In this document: piece by piece, positions 1 to 13,045 of the stretch
How the letters are laid out: each line of letters starts with the position of its first letter
Numbering within the stretch: the first letter of the stretch is position 1
From: Callorhinchus milii
Lineage: Eukaryota
Reading direction: 5' to 3'
DNA length: 64,000 nucleotides
Assembly: GCF_018977255.1 (NCBI RefSeq)
Contig: NW_024704742.1
Coordinates: 51,090,001-51,154,000, forward strand
The notes under the pieces: model-generated
The model's database searches: none
Told to the model about the DNA's origin: nothing
Seen by the model: only the letters and a program-made list of their open reading frames with translations
Program-made: the position numbers and the translations under genes

Positions 1-932
1 CAAAAAAACAGATGCGTGATTAGTTTTACAGTTAAACTCAGTTTAAATTATACCTGTCAAATATCCTAAATCTGCATAAGATATACTACAGCATACCATG
101 GATCACATTAGTTCTAATAAAAAATAAATTTATTCTGAAAAAAAATCAGGCATGCTTTCAGAGACTTTATAAATCATAAACATTTTTAGAATAACTGCAA
201 GCCTGCAATTTTGTATACATCAAATTTTCAATCCTTACATATAATCTTTACCACATGGAAAGTGACCATAGTTGGTATACTTGTCCATGTAGGAGATTTG
301 CTGTTTAGTTTATGATTAGATATTTGTCCACACATTCTACGAAAGCAAAAAGTTCAAATATTTAATGGCTTTATTTACTCTTATATTATTTATATATTAT
401 ATATAATATTTATAGATAGACCAGGAAGCCTTGCAGGTCAATCAGCCAAAAGCCATTTCCCAGATGATTTTAGCATCATTCCACCTGCTAATGTTATTAC
501 TGTACATCAATACAAGGAAGTCTTCCAGCTAGCTTGTCTTCAGAAAATGAAGAATACATGTCCCCGTCCTTTCATGCTGTTTTCTTGCAGAATTAATTGC
601 GTATGTGTAATAATTGCAATATAAGCATGACGATGGCTGTAGTCAATCTTGTACACCTGGCACGTGGAGCAACTTGCCTCAAACAGCTGTTGATTAGTTC
701 TGTACAGCAACCACTCACTCCGGAATTTTAATACAATGCTGAAATAATAGGCTGTTTATGTTTAACATCTGGCTTCTTCTTCACGTGCCTCGGTGTATTC
801 ATATAAATAGATGCAGTCTGCAGAATGCTTGAAAAGCAAATAGGAGCCAATATGACAGTCGGGGTTAATAGTGAACAGAACTCTGACTAACACTGAAATG
901 GATGAATATTCTGGAGAGGCCATTGTTGTACT
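1..932 (-). other. fryl: fryl 3'UTR, with candidate AATAAA poly(A) signals at 370-375 and 129-134 (minus strand)
   Basis: AT-rich sequence downstream of the TAA stop with no recognisable interspersed repeat; TTTATT on the plus strand at these positions. Confidence 0.7.
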
Positions 933-1229
<297 letters not shown>

Positions 1230-1399
1230 TTATAATCATTTGAATGGCTAACCATACTCCATATATAGCAGTGAAACTCGTGTTTAAATTCAATGTTTAA
1301 TTACATTCCTCCCCCTCCCGCTCCCAACAGCAAGATTAATTGTGGGATTCTGCTCTTTTCCTTCCCATGTCAGTCACTGGGGTGATATTTTACCAATTG

Positions 1400-2070
1400 G
1401 AAAACATAGATTTACAAGGATATACCAGAGATAAGTGAGATTGAACAGGTCGGTCCTTTCTCTCTAGACTGAAGTCAGTTGAGAGGGATGTGATAAGAGG
1501 TTATAATAAAGGTTATGAAAGGATTCAATAAAGTGAATGTTGATAGACTGTTTCCACTTGTTGATGAATCCAAAAAGCGGGGGCATAAATCTAAAATTGT
1601 GAGTAGTTGACCTAATAATGAATTTAGGAGGAATGGAGAGGATGGTGAAAATGTGGAACTCTTTTCCACGAGTCGTGGTTGAAAAAAAAATCAATGTATT
1701 GAAGAGAAAACTTGTTGCTTACATAAGGGATACAGGGATATGAGCCAGTGGAACAGGAAGAGTGGGGATTGTGTATAGACACTGACACTACACAGGCCGA
1801 ATGGATTGTTTCCATGTCATATCAATCTATATTTGTTAGGTAAGGGTAACAAAGGATAATAATAATAATCCTTGCATTTGATATAGCGCTTTTCACGTCT
1901 TCTAGACGTCTCAAAGAGCTTCACAGAATAGACTGTAAAGTGAATTGACCATATATTTGTGGGGATATGGGGCAAAGGCAGGCGACTGGAGTTAAGGAAC
2001 AGATCAGTCATGATTTAATAGAACGGTGGAACATGCTTGAGGGGCTGCATGGCCTACTCTTATTCCTGTG
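1400..2070 (+). mobile_element. Decayed CR1 LINE 3' fragments, with a minus-strand SINE tail at about 1857-1960
   Basis: Similar to the CR1 3' end at 62480-62940 (ctgtttccacttg...gggcataa; ggcctactc). Confidence 0.75.
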
Positions 2071-2736
2071 TAATTAGTATTTACTTAAAATGGACTTGAA
2101 TGCAAAGGATGCCTTGGTTTAATATTCCACTTTATTAGAAATTGTTTGGTCCGATGTGGCAGATAAATGCTTGAATTGATCTTGTTGAAGAAATGTAGCA
2201 TTGCTTCAATCTGTGTAAATTGGCCACAAACTTGACCAATCAAGTAATTTGAAAAAGGTATTTTTGCATTAACAACGAGTTCCAGCGCCTTGGGATGTCC
2301 TCTCAACGTGAAAGGCGCTATACAAATAACTATTGTAATTTATATTGTATTGTAAATCACTCACATAAAATTAATATTAAATATTATTTTGTTGCGTCAT
2401 TAATGGATCTTGCTGGAAACATTCAATAAACTACCAGTCTCTCCAAGGTCATAGACATAATGTGCCTCATAAATACTGGCCCAGACAGCTGGTACAAAAC
2501 ACAATCCAAAATTAATTTATCAGAAATACATTTAAGAAAGAAAATGGTACAAAGGAGGATTTATATTTTGGCACGTGCTATACAAAGCCACTCTTTAATG
2601 CATCTACATAAAGACCTTGGGGTGCCACCATTACGTTTTGGAAACAGGTCCATTTGTTAATTTATCTGTATCTGTTGCTGTTAATGCTGATGGAATTTAA
2701 TCAAATAAAGGCCTATTGAAGCCATCTATAAATTAC

Positions 2737-2933
2737 CTGAATGCCTTGACCTGAGCCAGTGCAGACATGAATTCCTTGTTTCTCAAAGTCTCAATAAGAG
2801 AGTGAATGGCAGTTTCTGTGCATGTCTGGAGGGCCTCAGGTATGTCAATATCCTCATTGTTGCTTTCTGCTGTACGTTCTGCCTCTTTCAAGCTGGCTTC
2901 CAGCTGTGCCAGTTCTTCAGACATATTTATCAC
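2737..2933 (-). CDS. fryl: fryl exon (VINMSEELAQLE...AQVKAF)
   Basis: ttttcag / AG|gtaat, 197 nt, phase 0 to 2. Confidence 0.95.
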
Positions 2934-3157
2934 CTGAAAACAAGTGAAAATAAGAAAACTGATTTTTATCACCTGAGTAATATAGAAGTAGATAACAGTT
3001 ACCTATTAATATATAAGTGAGAAAGCTTTAAGTGAACAAGAGCATAGGATTGTCCTGTACAGGAGTCAGATAGGGTGGATCAACCACCATATCTCACAAA
3101 CTGCCCAGGCCAAAACCAGAGCCATTAGCAGTGCTGTCTTATTTCAATTTATATTCT

Positions 3158-3480
3158 ACAACAACAATTTGCACTTATAGAGTGCGCTCCACACAGAGTA
3201 GCATCTCAGAGCGCTTAACAGTGGCAGAGCCTGACTCTGAGTCGGGGTGGGTGTGTGTGACCTTAAGCACGGTCAATGTGGAAGGTTTTCAGGTAGGGCT
3301 TGAAAAAGGGGAAAGAGGGGCAAGGCGGAGGGATTGAGGGAGAGTGTTACAGAGTTTCGGGGCGTAGAGGCTGAAAGCACGACCTCCGATGAGGGGGTGC
3401 CAGAGAGTGAATGGTTTTGAACACGAGTGTGAGGATCTTGAAGTCGATCCGTTTGGTGATGGGGAGCCAGTGGAGCCTGC
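3158..3480 (-). mobile_element. L2 LINE 3' fragment
   Basis: Minus-strand translation GGRAFSLYAPKLCNTLP is an L2 ORF2 C-terminal motif; (TTG)n tail. Confidence 0.8.
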
Positions 3481-3515
3481 CACTAGGTATTCTACCTAAA
3501 TAACAACATTAATCA

Positions 3516-3662
<147 letters not shown>

Positions 3663-5449
3663 CTAAAGTTAAACATTAAGGGTAGATAAATTAGTGAGCT
3701 GCTGTTTTAATGCACACAATATCAGTTGAAGATAAATCATAGTCAGGTTTCTGCAACGTAATATGAAATAATAAAGATGGATACTCATTAATTATAGGGA
3801 GGAAATGTCTCCTGCTACAGGAAACCATATCATAATGTGGTCCTTTGGGTTCAATAATAAGCAAAGGGCTAACAACTGGCTAAATATAGGGTGATCAGGT
3901 TGCTGCTGATGTCATGTCCTGTGCACTGTGCATTGCAAGTGCAGCTGACAACGATCGCATCCTGTGCCTACTCACTATGCCACTGATGTCACTCTGTGAA
4001 GTGATGTCAATAACACTTGCTGTATACAATGTGCACCGGGCAACATTAATGGCAGAAATGTCAACCACAACCTGGTAGAAGTCATCCATTATTTAGCACC
4101 AGAAGCCAGGTGTAAGTGCAACTGGTCCACAGGACAACAGCCTCTACACAAGGCCATGCTAAACAGAAGGCCTATATAATGGGGTTCTCTGGTAAGTGTA
4201 CACTGTCAAGTTAAAAAAGCAAATTAAACTGCACTAAAAATCATTACCACTATGCCAAGTCTGCAAAATTAAGCCACAGGCTAATCTTACAAAAAAAACA
4301 TTGGTATTGCCATGACAATTCAGGCCATTATTAACAGATTATTTAAAATGATAATATTTAGAAAAACATCACCAATCCACTCCACCCAATAATCGTTGAT
4401 CACACCTTTGAGCTGACATTCATAATGTGCCATTCCCTATTTGTGGATGCCAGGTACTAGTCTGACAGTTAGCTGATAAAATGTCTAAAATGCCAAGTTC
4501 ATTTGAGTGATTAATTGCAGCTAAAGCATACATCAGAAAAGGATTATAAGATAAACAACTGACTAAGTGTATTATGAAGCCCACATTGAGGGATGTATGG
4601 TTGAACCTAGCTTTGAAGTGCTTTGAGACACTAAACAACCTGATAAAGTGCTACATCAAATGCAATGATTATTATTATCTGTAGCCGAAACAAAATAGTT
4701 TACTTTATAATCCCAAGCCTCCAGTCAACATTTGTTTATTATATATTTGTACTTATTTTAAACCTGAATGTTTTAAAATAAGGTTGCAACTTGTGCTTTG
4801 TGACATTATTAGTCAAGTTTCTTTTAGTAATTAGGCAATACTCAAAAGGTATTTTCTCATGTTTGATATGACAGATCTTCAGTCACTTAAGTTTTAACAC
4901 CTCAGTCCTTGTATAAGTTGCAAAAACAAACACAATCTACAGCAATGGATTCTTGGTTGAAAGTGTTTTAAGGAGTGATTGCATTTCTAGAAATGTACCT
5001 TAATCTTAAATAAACACTTGGCCCTGGGAAATGATCATTGTCAATTGCAATTAAGCTGGGAATGCCACAATCCTTTATACAGATCCTGATTAACACTGAT
5101 ATGTGCTGAGCCAGCAAACATTTTCAACTGGGGATTTGACAAGATCGACCATGAACTAATGAAAGTTACAGAACTTCCCATCTTTCTGTATGTTCAACGG
5201 GAATCCAATAATTATGTTCTATGCTTACAAAAGAAAACAAAAGATATTATTTGCTCTAACATTCACATATAGGATTCAAACTTGACAGACTGAAACCGAT
5301 GCACTCATTGTAAAATCTGGTTTGCAAGTAGCATAAGCTGTTCAATGTGCAAGATTCACAAAATGGTTAATTGCAAATTGCAAAAGCCAGCAACATAAAA
5401 AAGCAAAATTTGAATGTTGCAAATTAAACCTCACCGATAAAATCATATT

Positions 5450-6210
5450 CCAGAAGATTCAAATCAATTTCCTCTCAAACATTAAACACAATGTCCAAGG
5501 TCAGATTAGAAAGATTAACTTCTACAAGATCATTTCTTTCAGGTCTATGGACATTGAACATCAAAATCCCTTCTTTCTGCAACCTATTGATCAAATCACT
5601 ATTTGCATGTCATCTTTCTGTATCTGCTATCATTCTACCTACTTACATCTCCAATCCATCTACATTCTTTATCAATTTTTTACTTTTTTCCATACTTCAC
5701 TTTATTTACTTAATGCTCTTGAACTTGTACTGCATTATTTTCCAACATCTAGGTATAATATAATATATATAATTTTTTCAACTAAACATTTCACTGACCA
5801 AACGTGGGGGATGAACGGAAACTACTCTGCCAAGCTTATTCCTAAATCGCTTCCTTCTACTTCCCAAATAATTTCTTATCCACATGGTCGCTCCACTCAA
5901 GTTCCACTGCCTTAATTTAGCTGATAAATCTTATCCAGGATTCCTTATTAAATGCCTTCTGCAGTCCACGTAGATGACATCCATTGATCCCTCTCTATCT
6001 ATCACCTTGGGGATTCTATCAAAAAGCCTCTATTAGGTTAGTTTGACATAATCGACCTTTCACAAAGCCATGCTGACCTTCCCAAGTTAATTTATATTGA
6101 TTCTAGTGTGCACTTACTGAACCCTTAATGCTGGATTCCAGCATTGTTCTGCCTACTGACGTTAAACTCACTGGTCCAGTTATTGGGATAGTCCTTTTCC
6201 TCCTCCTTTT
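5450..6210 (-). mobile_element. Old CR1 LINE RT-region fragment
   Basis: Reverse complement contains gtcagcatggctttgtgaaagg (SQHGFVKG) and a DFCRRHL/FQKAF-like region, as in the CR1 at 61510. Confidence 0.7.
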
Positions 6211-7516
6211 GCAATACTGATAACATCTTTACACAAACACATTTACAGCAGTACATGAACAAGCAACAAAATAATTTCTTCTTCCTACGAACAGACAAAT
6301 TTAGGAAAATTGTTTTAAAATTAAATACTTTGTTGTAAAATAAGAATAGATGCAGCCCAATGGCAAAATGTTAGAAAACTGAATTACAGCTATATTCTGC
6401 TACAATAAAGCTTGGTTTATTAAAATATAGTCCTGGAATGTTTAAGAAATTATCACTTAAATACTTTATTTGGTGGAATGGCAGCATCCTATTTGGAAAC
6501 TGTGTTAAAAATACTTTAAGACGATAAAAATGTGTGGTGTTTTTGCTTATTTTATTACTGTGTGTTTCTATAATGTGTCATGTATGACTTTGTCGTAGCA
6601 TATTTAACCACACAGTTTCAATACCAAATTTATGCAAAACATTCTAACGGTAATCACTACCTGAAAAAAAACCTCTCATATCAAATATTAAGTATCACTG
6701 TCAAAATGGTGATTTGATGTGTACATTTAAAGCCACTATTTCCAATACAGTACATATATTTTATTAAAGTTGCAATGTATGGGTATATTCCTATATTCCA
6801 AAAATTGGAAACGTGGATCATTAAACTTATCATTGCAATAGGAATATGCAAGACAACCCAACACTGACAGTGAGAAAATAGAATAATTTTCAACAGTAAC
6901 ATGATTTACTGTCTACTTTTCTCCATTCTCTGCTTATACATCAAAAGCATTACTTTGGCAAGTTTTATATATCTGAGAATAAAACTAACTTGATTCTGTG
7001 ACTTTGATACACTAAATGTAGAAGTTTCTGTATGCATGATAATTGGACCCAATACTGGGAAATTCAACAGATTTAGGCATAAGAGAGTTTTAAGATCAAA
7101 TGATTTACCATGTATTATTGGCAATCCACATAGTTTCATATAACAATTTGGTCAAGCACATCCTGAGGTAAATACATTTACATTTACCTCAGAATGTACT
7201 CGAATGCTGAATAATAACTCATTTAGTTGTATTAGTACAGTATAGCTGAACCCAAATTAAGCAGAATTTACATTGATATTAAACAATGACTTTGCTTTAG
7301 TAATCAAGTACATGAAAGACTACAAGATGATGTACAATGACATTCTCAGACAGATGGAAGCACATGACATACTTTTAAGGCTATGTTCACAAACATCTAC
7401 ATACACATATGATTAATGAGAGACACTTGGCTGAGTTACAAATATTATGCGACAAATGAAGGTCAGCTTGTTTCAGACACTGTTAATATGTCTAGAAGTC
7501 AAGAACCATCACTTAC

Positions 7517-7534
7517 TGCTAGAACTTCCATTTG
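7517..7534 (-). CDS. fryl: fryl 18-nt microexon (QMEVLA)
   Basis: ccttcttgcttag|CAAATGGAAGTTCTAGCA|gtaagt; matches the QMEILA segment I recall in human FRYL. Confidence 0.85.
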
Positions 7535-7899
7535 CTAAGCAAGAAGGTGAGCAGGTCACAAAAGAAGGAAAAAAAAGATCAATAATTAGTGACAGTTACA
7601 TTTCCAAACAGGGTAAAAGATGTCCCAGTGTTAATGTCAGAACAAATGTACCATTTTATCAGAGCTCCAGCTAGAATCAAAATTCACAATTCTGTTGATA
7701 GGATTTTTAATGTGGCCACCACATTTGCTCACTTCATAGGATTTCATCAATTAAAACATAGATCAGACATTTCTCCACATGAAGTTTCAAATATATAACA
7801 GAGATAATGTTCTTCAGAGGTACTGTGATAATTTTTACAATTCTACAAGTTCGCAAAGTTGTTTCTGGGATGTATTTAACGCAAATTTTACGCTAGGAC

Positions 7900-8291
7900 G
7901 ATGTCTAACAGCATATCAGAAAATCAACTGCAAAGTACAGTGATTGTGTATTTGTAGGTAAATGCGGTGGTCCATTTGCATACACCAATGTTCTACAAAC
8001 AGCCATGAAGTGAGTGACCAATTTTATTTGGGGGTTGTTGGCCAGGACACCTGGAGAAACTCCCGTCTCTTTTCTCATAGTACCTTGGGATCCTTAATGT
8101 CCACCTGGACAGGCAGTGGGGCCTCGGATTAACATTTTAGGCAAAGGCACCTCCGACAATGCAACATACGCCCTAGCAATGCACTGGAGTGCCAGCCTAG
8201 ACTATGTAAATTGGAAATCCTGACGTGGGGTTTGAATCCACAACTTTCTGACTCAAAGATTAAGAGGGCTACCAACTAAGCTAGGGTGACA
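7900..8291 (-). mobile_element. Deu-domain SINE (SacSINE1-like)
   Basis: Reverse complement of the 13904-14343 element. Confidence 0.75.
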
Positions 8292-8439
8292 TGCAAAATT
8301 AATTAAATAACAATTGCAAGGATTATTAGTCACTTCAGTTCTGATTAATTAATTTACAAAACACTTTGCAATGTTGGATCAGGATTGGCTTGACTTTCTC
8401 TTCCCTAACCTAAGGCCAATTTTAGAGGTCTATCTGCTG

Positions 8440-8632
8440 CATTGTCTCTTTCTCTTTTTCTCTTCAACCGTGCCTTAAGCTCCCCTCTCGACTCTCTACC
8501 CCCTCCTCGCTCCCTCCCTCCCCTCACCCTGACCATTTCCCCCCTGCTCGGGTCCCGACCCAACTGTCCAGTGCCTTGGGACGTCCTCCCGGCATGAAGG
8601 GCGCTCTATAAATGCAATCTTGTTGTTGTTGT
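8440..8632 (+). mobile_element. L2 LINE 3' end
   Basis: ccttgggacgtcctccc...gaagggcgctctataaatgcaa(ttg)n tail. Confidence 0.75.
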
Positions 8633-9654
8633 GGACGTTATTAAAATTTTCCTCTCTGTTTCTACCCTGAATTCCACATACACTGATGTCCTTTACAGAC
8701 TTTTTAAAAAATACAGTCAACTCTAGACTCTAGGCAATTCTTTTGCAGAGCCATGAACAATGCATAATTCGGCACAAAATTGCAGTTTCATGTGGATTCT
8801 TCCAATAAAAATGATACAGAATATAGTGGTGGCCATCCATATCAGCTTCATAATAAGAGCTCAGTAAATCACATAGGCATTGAAATAGTTTGAAGAGCTT
8901 AAAAAGTACACGTTTACTTTTTAAAACCTTATTGATCACAATTCCCTTGCAAAACTCTGTCACAAACATATCTTTATGTTACCAACAAAACAGAATAATA
9001 TTTAGATTCCTTATTGCATCAATATTTTAGGTTCGTTATCCAAGGACAACAAGCTACTCTTATTTGTTACATTTAAGGATTGAGTTTAATTTCTAAAAAA
9101 AATCAAATTTTCAAAATACTTCCTATAATTTAATCTGTAATGTAAAAGTCTATGCCTAAAGATTCGAGAGGGGCTGTACATAATTGGCTGCCGTGTTTTG
9201 TCCACAAAATATAGTCAATTCACTTTACAGTATGTTCTGTGAAGCGCTTTGAGACGTCTCAACACATGATAAGGCACTATATTAAATGCAAGAATTATTA
9301 TTATTATAAATCAATACCTTCATTTTGACTGCAAAATTCAATATTTAAACATAAATGATATAAAAAGCCTGCATTTTAGCAAGTTAGATGTTTAGTGTTA
9401 GAAAATGATAAGAATACATAGAAGCAACACAATGTTAGCACCATACAAATAGAATATGATAAATATATTTTTCCATCATGTAACAAAAATACAACAGCAG
9501 CTTGAACAGTAAGAAGAATTCCTGTTAGACTACCATTCTAAAAAAGGTAACAGTGCAGCATTTATCTAGGTAGGACTGCCTAACTATTATCCAGTTCAAT
9601 CATAGGGAGACCCCACTGACCTCTGTCCTCACTCAAAATTTCTTTTTAACAGCA

Positions 9655-10398
9655 GCAACAAATTACAGTTGTATAGCGCCTTTCACATCAGGAGGACGTC
9701 CCAAGATGCTGGATATTCAGGGATCCGAACCCAAGCTGGTGGTTGGGTTCAGGAAGGGTGGAGGGCGGGGAGGGTAGGGGTAGAATGGTGATCGAAGGCA
9801 TGGTTGAAGAGGAGGGTCTTGAAGGAGGCAAGGGAGGGGCGAGGCGGAGGGACTGTGGGATAGCGTTCCAGAGGGTGGGGAGGGCAAGTCGAGGGACGTG
9901 AAGCAGGCCAGAGCCCGCTGAGCAGAGGGAGTGAGCAGGATGGTTGGGGGTTAGGATGTCACAGAGGTAGGATGGAGCAAGGCCGTGGAGGTCTTGAAAG
10001 GAGGACAAGGATCTTGAACTGTATCCTCTGAGTAATGGGAAGCCATGGAGACGGGCGAGGATGAGGGTCACAGAGACTGGTGCGGGAGGTCACGGATTGC
10101 AGAGTTTTGGATGATCTGCAGTCAGTGGAGGGAAGAGTTGGGGAGGCCGACAGGGAGTTTGCATAGTTGATCCTGGATGTGATGAATCCGTGGATGAGGG
10201 TTTTGGCGGCGTATGATGTGAGACATTGGCGGAGTTGGGCAATGTTGCGGAGATGGGGAAAAGCAGAGCGGGCCATGGCACGGATGTGGGGGATGAAGGA
10301 CAGTTGAGGGTCGAACTTGCCCAAGGTTTCACCCTGCCTGGAATTGAACCCAGGTATCTCACTTGCAAGGCGAGTTCTCTAACCACTGAGCTACAGGG
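9655..10398 (-). mobile_element. L2 3' fragment (9655-10315) fused to a tRNA-derived SINE head (10314-10398)
   Basis: FDPQLSFIPHI...HLRNIAQLR...LIHGFITSRINYANSL is L2 ORF2; the head matches the SINE at 61078. Confidence 0.85.
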
Positions 10399-11019
10399 CT
10401 GTCAGCGCCTGAAGTATGGAAGAAAAGGGTGAATTACCAGGATTCAATGTGTGATACACTGACTGAGCCTTGTGATCACTAAAAGCATAGCTTCCAATGA
10501 AGAACAGTAATGATCAGGCATTTGAAGCAGCATTGCTCTAACCGTAAAGTATTTGGCACACTTTTCTTCTGCAATTGACAAATAGTATTTTTTACTGTAT
10601 TGTAAATCTCAGCTGAATTTCCCAGCAAAAATGTATCACGTGACTTGCATAAAGGAACGTTTGAATGTACAAGACAGAAAAGACTATTACTTTCAGTCTC
10701 TCTCGTCTCATGCTCAACATTTGTCCCGTTGTTTTGCCATTCGACCATGATGAGAATATTTTAATAAACTTTCATAAAATGTAGTGAAATGTGACGACTG
10801 CAATTTGGATTAGTGATTTAGGGCGACAGTATGGCCCTTCAATAGGCCAGAGACCTCTGTGATGCATCTGAGCATGAGCGCCCAACCTCCGCCAAGTGCC
10901 CGCATCAGTCACAGAATAGGGTGGAAGACCTTTGCGATGCCAGACGAGATCTTATGACAAGTTATCCGATCAATTTTACATTGTTAATACTTACAAAAAT
11001 TGTGACTAGTTATGTGCTA

Positions 11020-12112
11020 AGCGGATTGCCAACTTTCTCCATTTGAATGTCGACAAGAGCAAGGCTCTCCTGCTTAGCTCCCATCAGGGCCTTTTCACCT
11101 CAGGTGCTGATTGCATCACTATTCAAAGATGCATATTCCACCTCACTGAGCTAGGATGGAACTTTAGTGTCTTGTTTGACCTCAACCGTCCTTTAAAGCC
11201 GACATCTGTGCCATATGCTTTCTGCCTTCGCCACCTCTGCAACATTGCCCGCCTCCGCCGCTAACTCTCCCCTCAGGCCCCCAAGGCCCTCATCCATGCT
11301 TTCATCACATCCAGGCTTGACTATGATAACTCCCCAACTCTTCCCTCCACAAGATGCAGATTATTCATAACTCTGCAGCTCGTGTCCTCTTCCACACCAG
11401 GCTCAGTGACCCCATCACCCCCATCCTCCACTGGCTCCACATCCCCCTGATGATCAAGTTCTAGATCCTCGTCCGCACTCTTAAAGGCTTCCAGTCAAAA
11501 ACAACAACAACTTGGCGCCCTCCATGCCGGACAGTGTCTCAGAGCGCTTCACAGTAATGGATCCCAGGGCCGAGCCAGGGGGAGCGGGAGGAAGGTGACC
11601 AAAGGCGCGGTTGAAAAGAAAGGTCTTCAGCCGAGACCTGAAAGTGGGAGAGAAACGATCGAGGCGAAGGGAGTGAGGAAGGAGTTCCAGAGCCTCGGGG
11701 TGTAGTGGCTGAAGGCACGGGCGCTGATTATGGAGCAGAGGACTCGGTCTTGCTCCTCCCTACCTCTGCAACCTGATAAAACGTTGCAAAACTGCCCGCT
11801 CCCTCAGCTCGGCAGGCACTGGCCTATTCCATACCCCTCACTTTGTCCCCCACCATCAGTGGTCAGACCTTCAGCCTTTCTGCCCCCACCCTCTGGAACT
11901 CTATTCCTCTGTGCTTTTGTCTCACAACCTCCCTTGCCTCCTTCAAGGCTGGTCTCAAGATCTTCCTCTTTGACCACGCCCTCAGTCATCTCCCCTTGCC
12001 CTCTACCCCTCTTGTTTCCAACCCCCATCTTGGATACAAAACCTTCACTGCCCATGCCTTGGGAAGTCCTACCAACGAGGATAGGCACTATCAAAATGTA
12101 ATTTATTGTTGC
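11020..12112 (+). mobile_element. L2 fragment (+) with a nested second L2 3' end (-) at about 11497-11745
   Basis: HLCNIARLR and LIHAFITSRLDY-like motifs; the + element resumes at about 11746 after an inverted L2 tail. Confidence 0.8.
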
Positions 12113-12784
12113 TAATTTCATATCTAGATCAAAACTGATTTTGAAGATATTCGTCAAGATGAAATCAATCCTAATATTTAAAATGTTTTTGCAATGTTTT
12201 TCTAGCTGGAGCCCTCATGTTCAGAGACATCAAGGTAAATATAGAACAGATTGAAAACAAGTCACAACAATGTAAGAACCAGTTTGTCCACTAATAAAAA
12301 CGCTGGTTACTTCATTTACGATGATAGACAGAAAGTGAAACAGGGTAAATGTAAGTCACGCACAGACTGATTGTTCTCCTATATAATTGGGTGAAGCCTG
12401 AACAGCTCAATAGAACAACAGTGAAAGATTATATAAGTCAACTATTGTTTTCTTAGGCAGCAGCATAATATTAAACAGTGGAGTCACTTTTTTTCAAACT
12501 GCCAAGAAGACTAGAACATGCTTAACAATATTTACAAAATACAGAATGATTAACTGATTGAAAGTCATAATAACTGCATTAAATAACATTGTTTAAGAGC
12601 CATCTGTTATGCATGCTGTAAAAACTAAGGCTAATTTTGAGATGCCAGAGTAACACTATCTCCAGGAGAAGAACACTAAAATAATTATACATTGCGTTTC
12701 AAAAGAAGTATTACCACATTACTTGTGATGTGCAACGTGCAATCAAACTGTCATCTTGAAAGTGATATGCAAGGGATATATTTA

Positions 12785-13045
12785 AGGGCCTTCCACCACT
12801 CTGTACCCACCCTCTGGAACTCCATCCCCCAGTCCCTTCATCTCGCCCCCTCCCTCGCCACATTCAAGACCCACCTCAAGACCCTCCTCTTTGACCGTGC
12901 TTTCAATCTCCCTGCTTACCCCCCCTGCCCTACCCCCTCCTCTACCCTGACCCTCAGCTCGGGTCCGTAACTCTGTCTGTCCAGAGCCTTGGGACGTCCT
13001 CCCGATGAGAAAGGCGCTTTACCAATGTAATTTTGTTGTTGTTCT
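12785..13045 (+). mobile_element. L2 LINE 3' end
   Basis: PTLWNSIPQSLHLAPSLATFKTHLKTLLF; (TTG)n tail. Confidence 0.8.

Noticed and set aside
6910..6929. Possible microexon RMEKSR resembling QMEILA
   Set aside because: It is 20 nt (frame-breaking) with a weak tract; the true homolog is at 7517-7534
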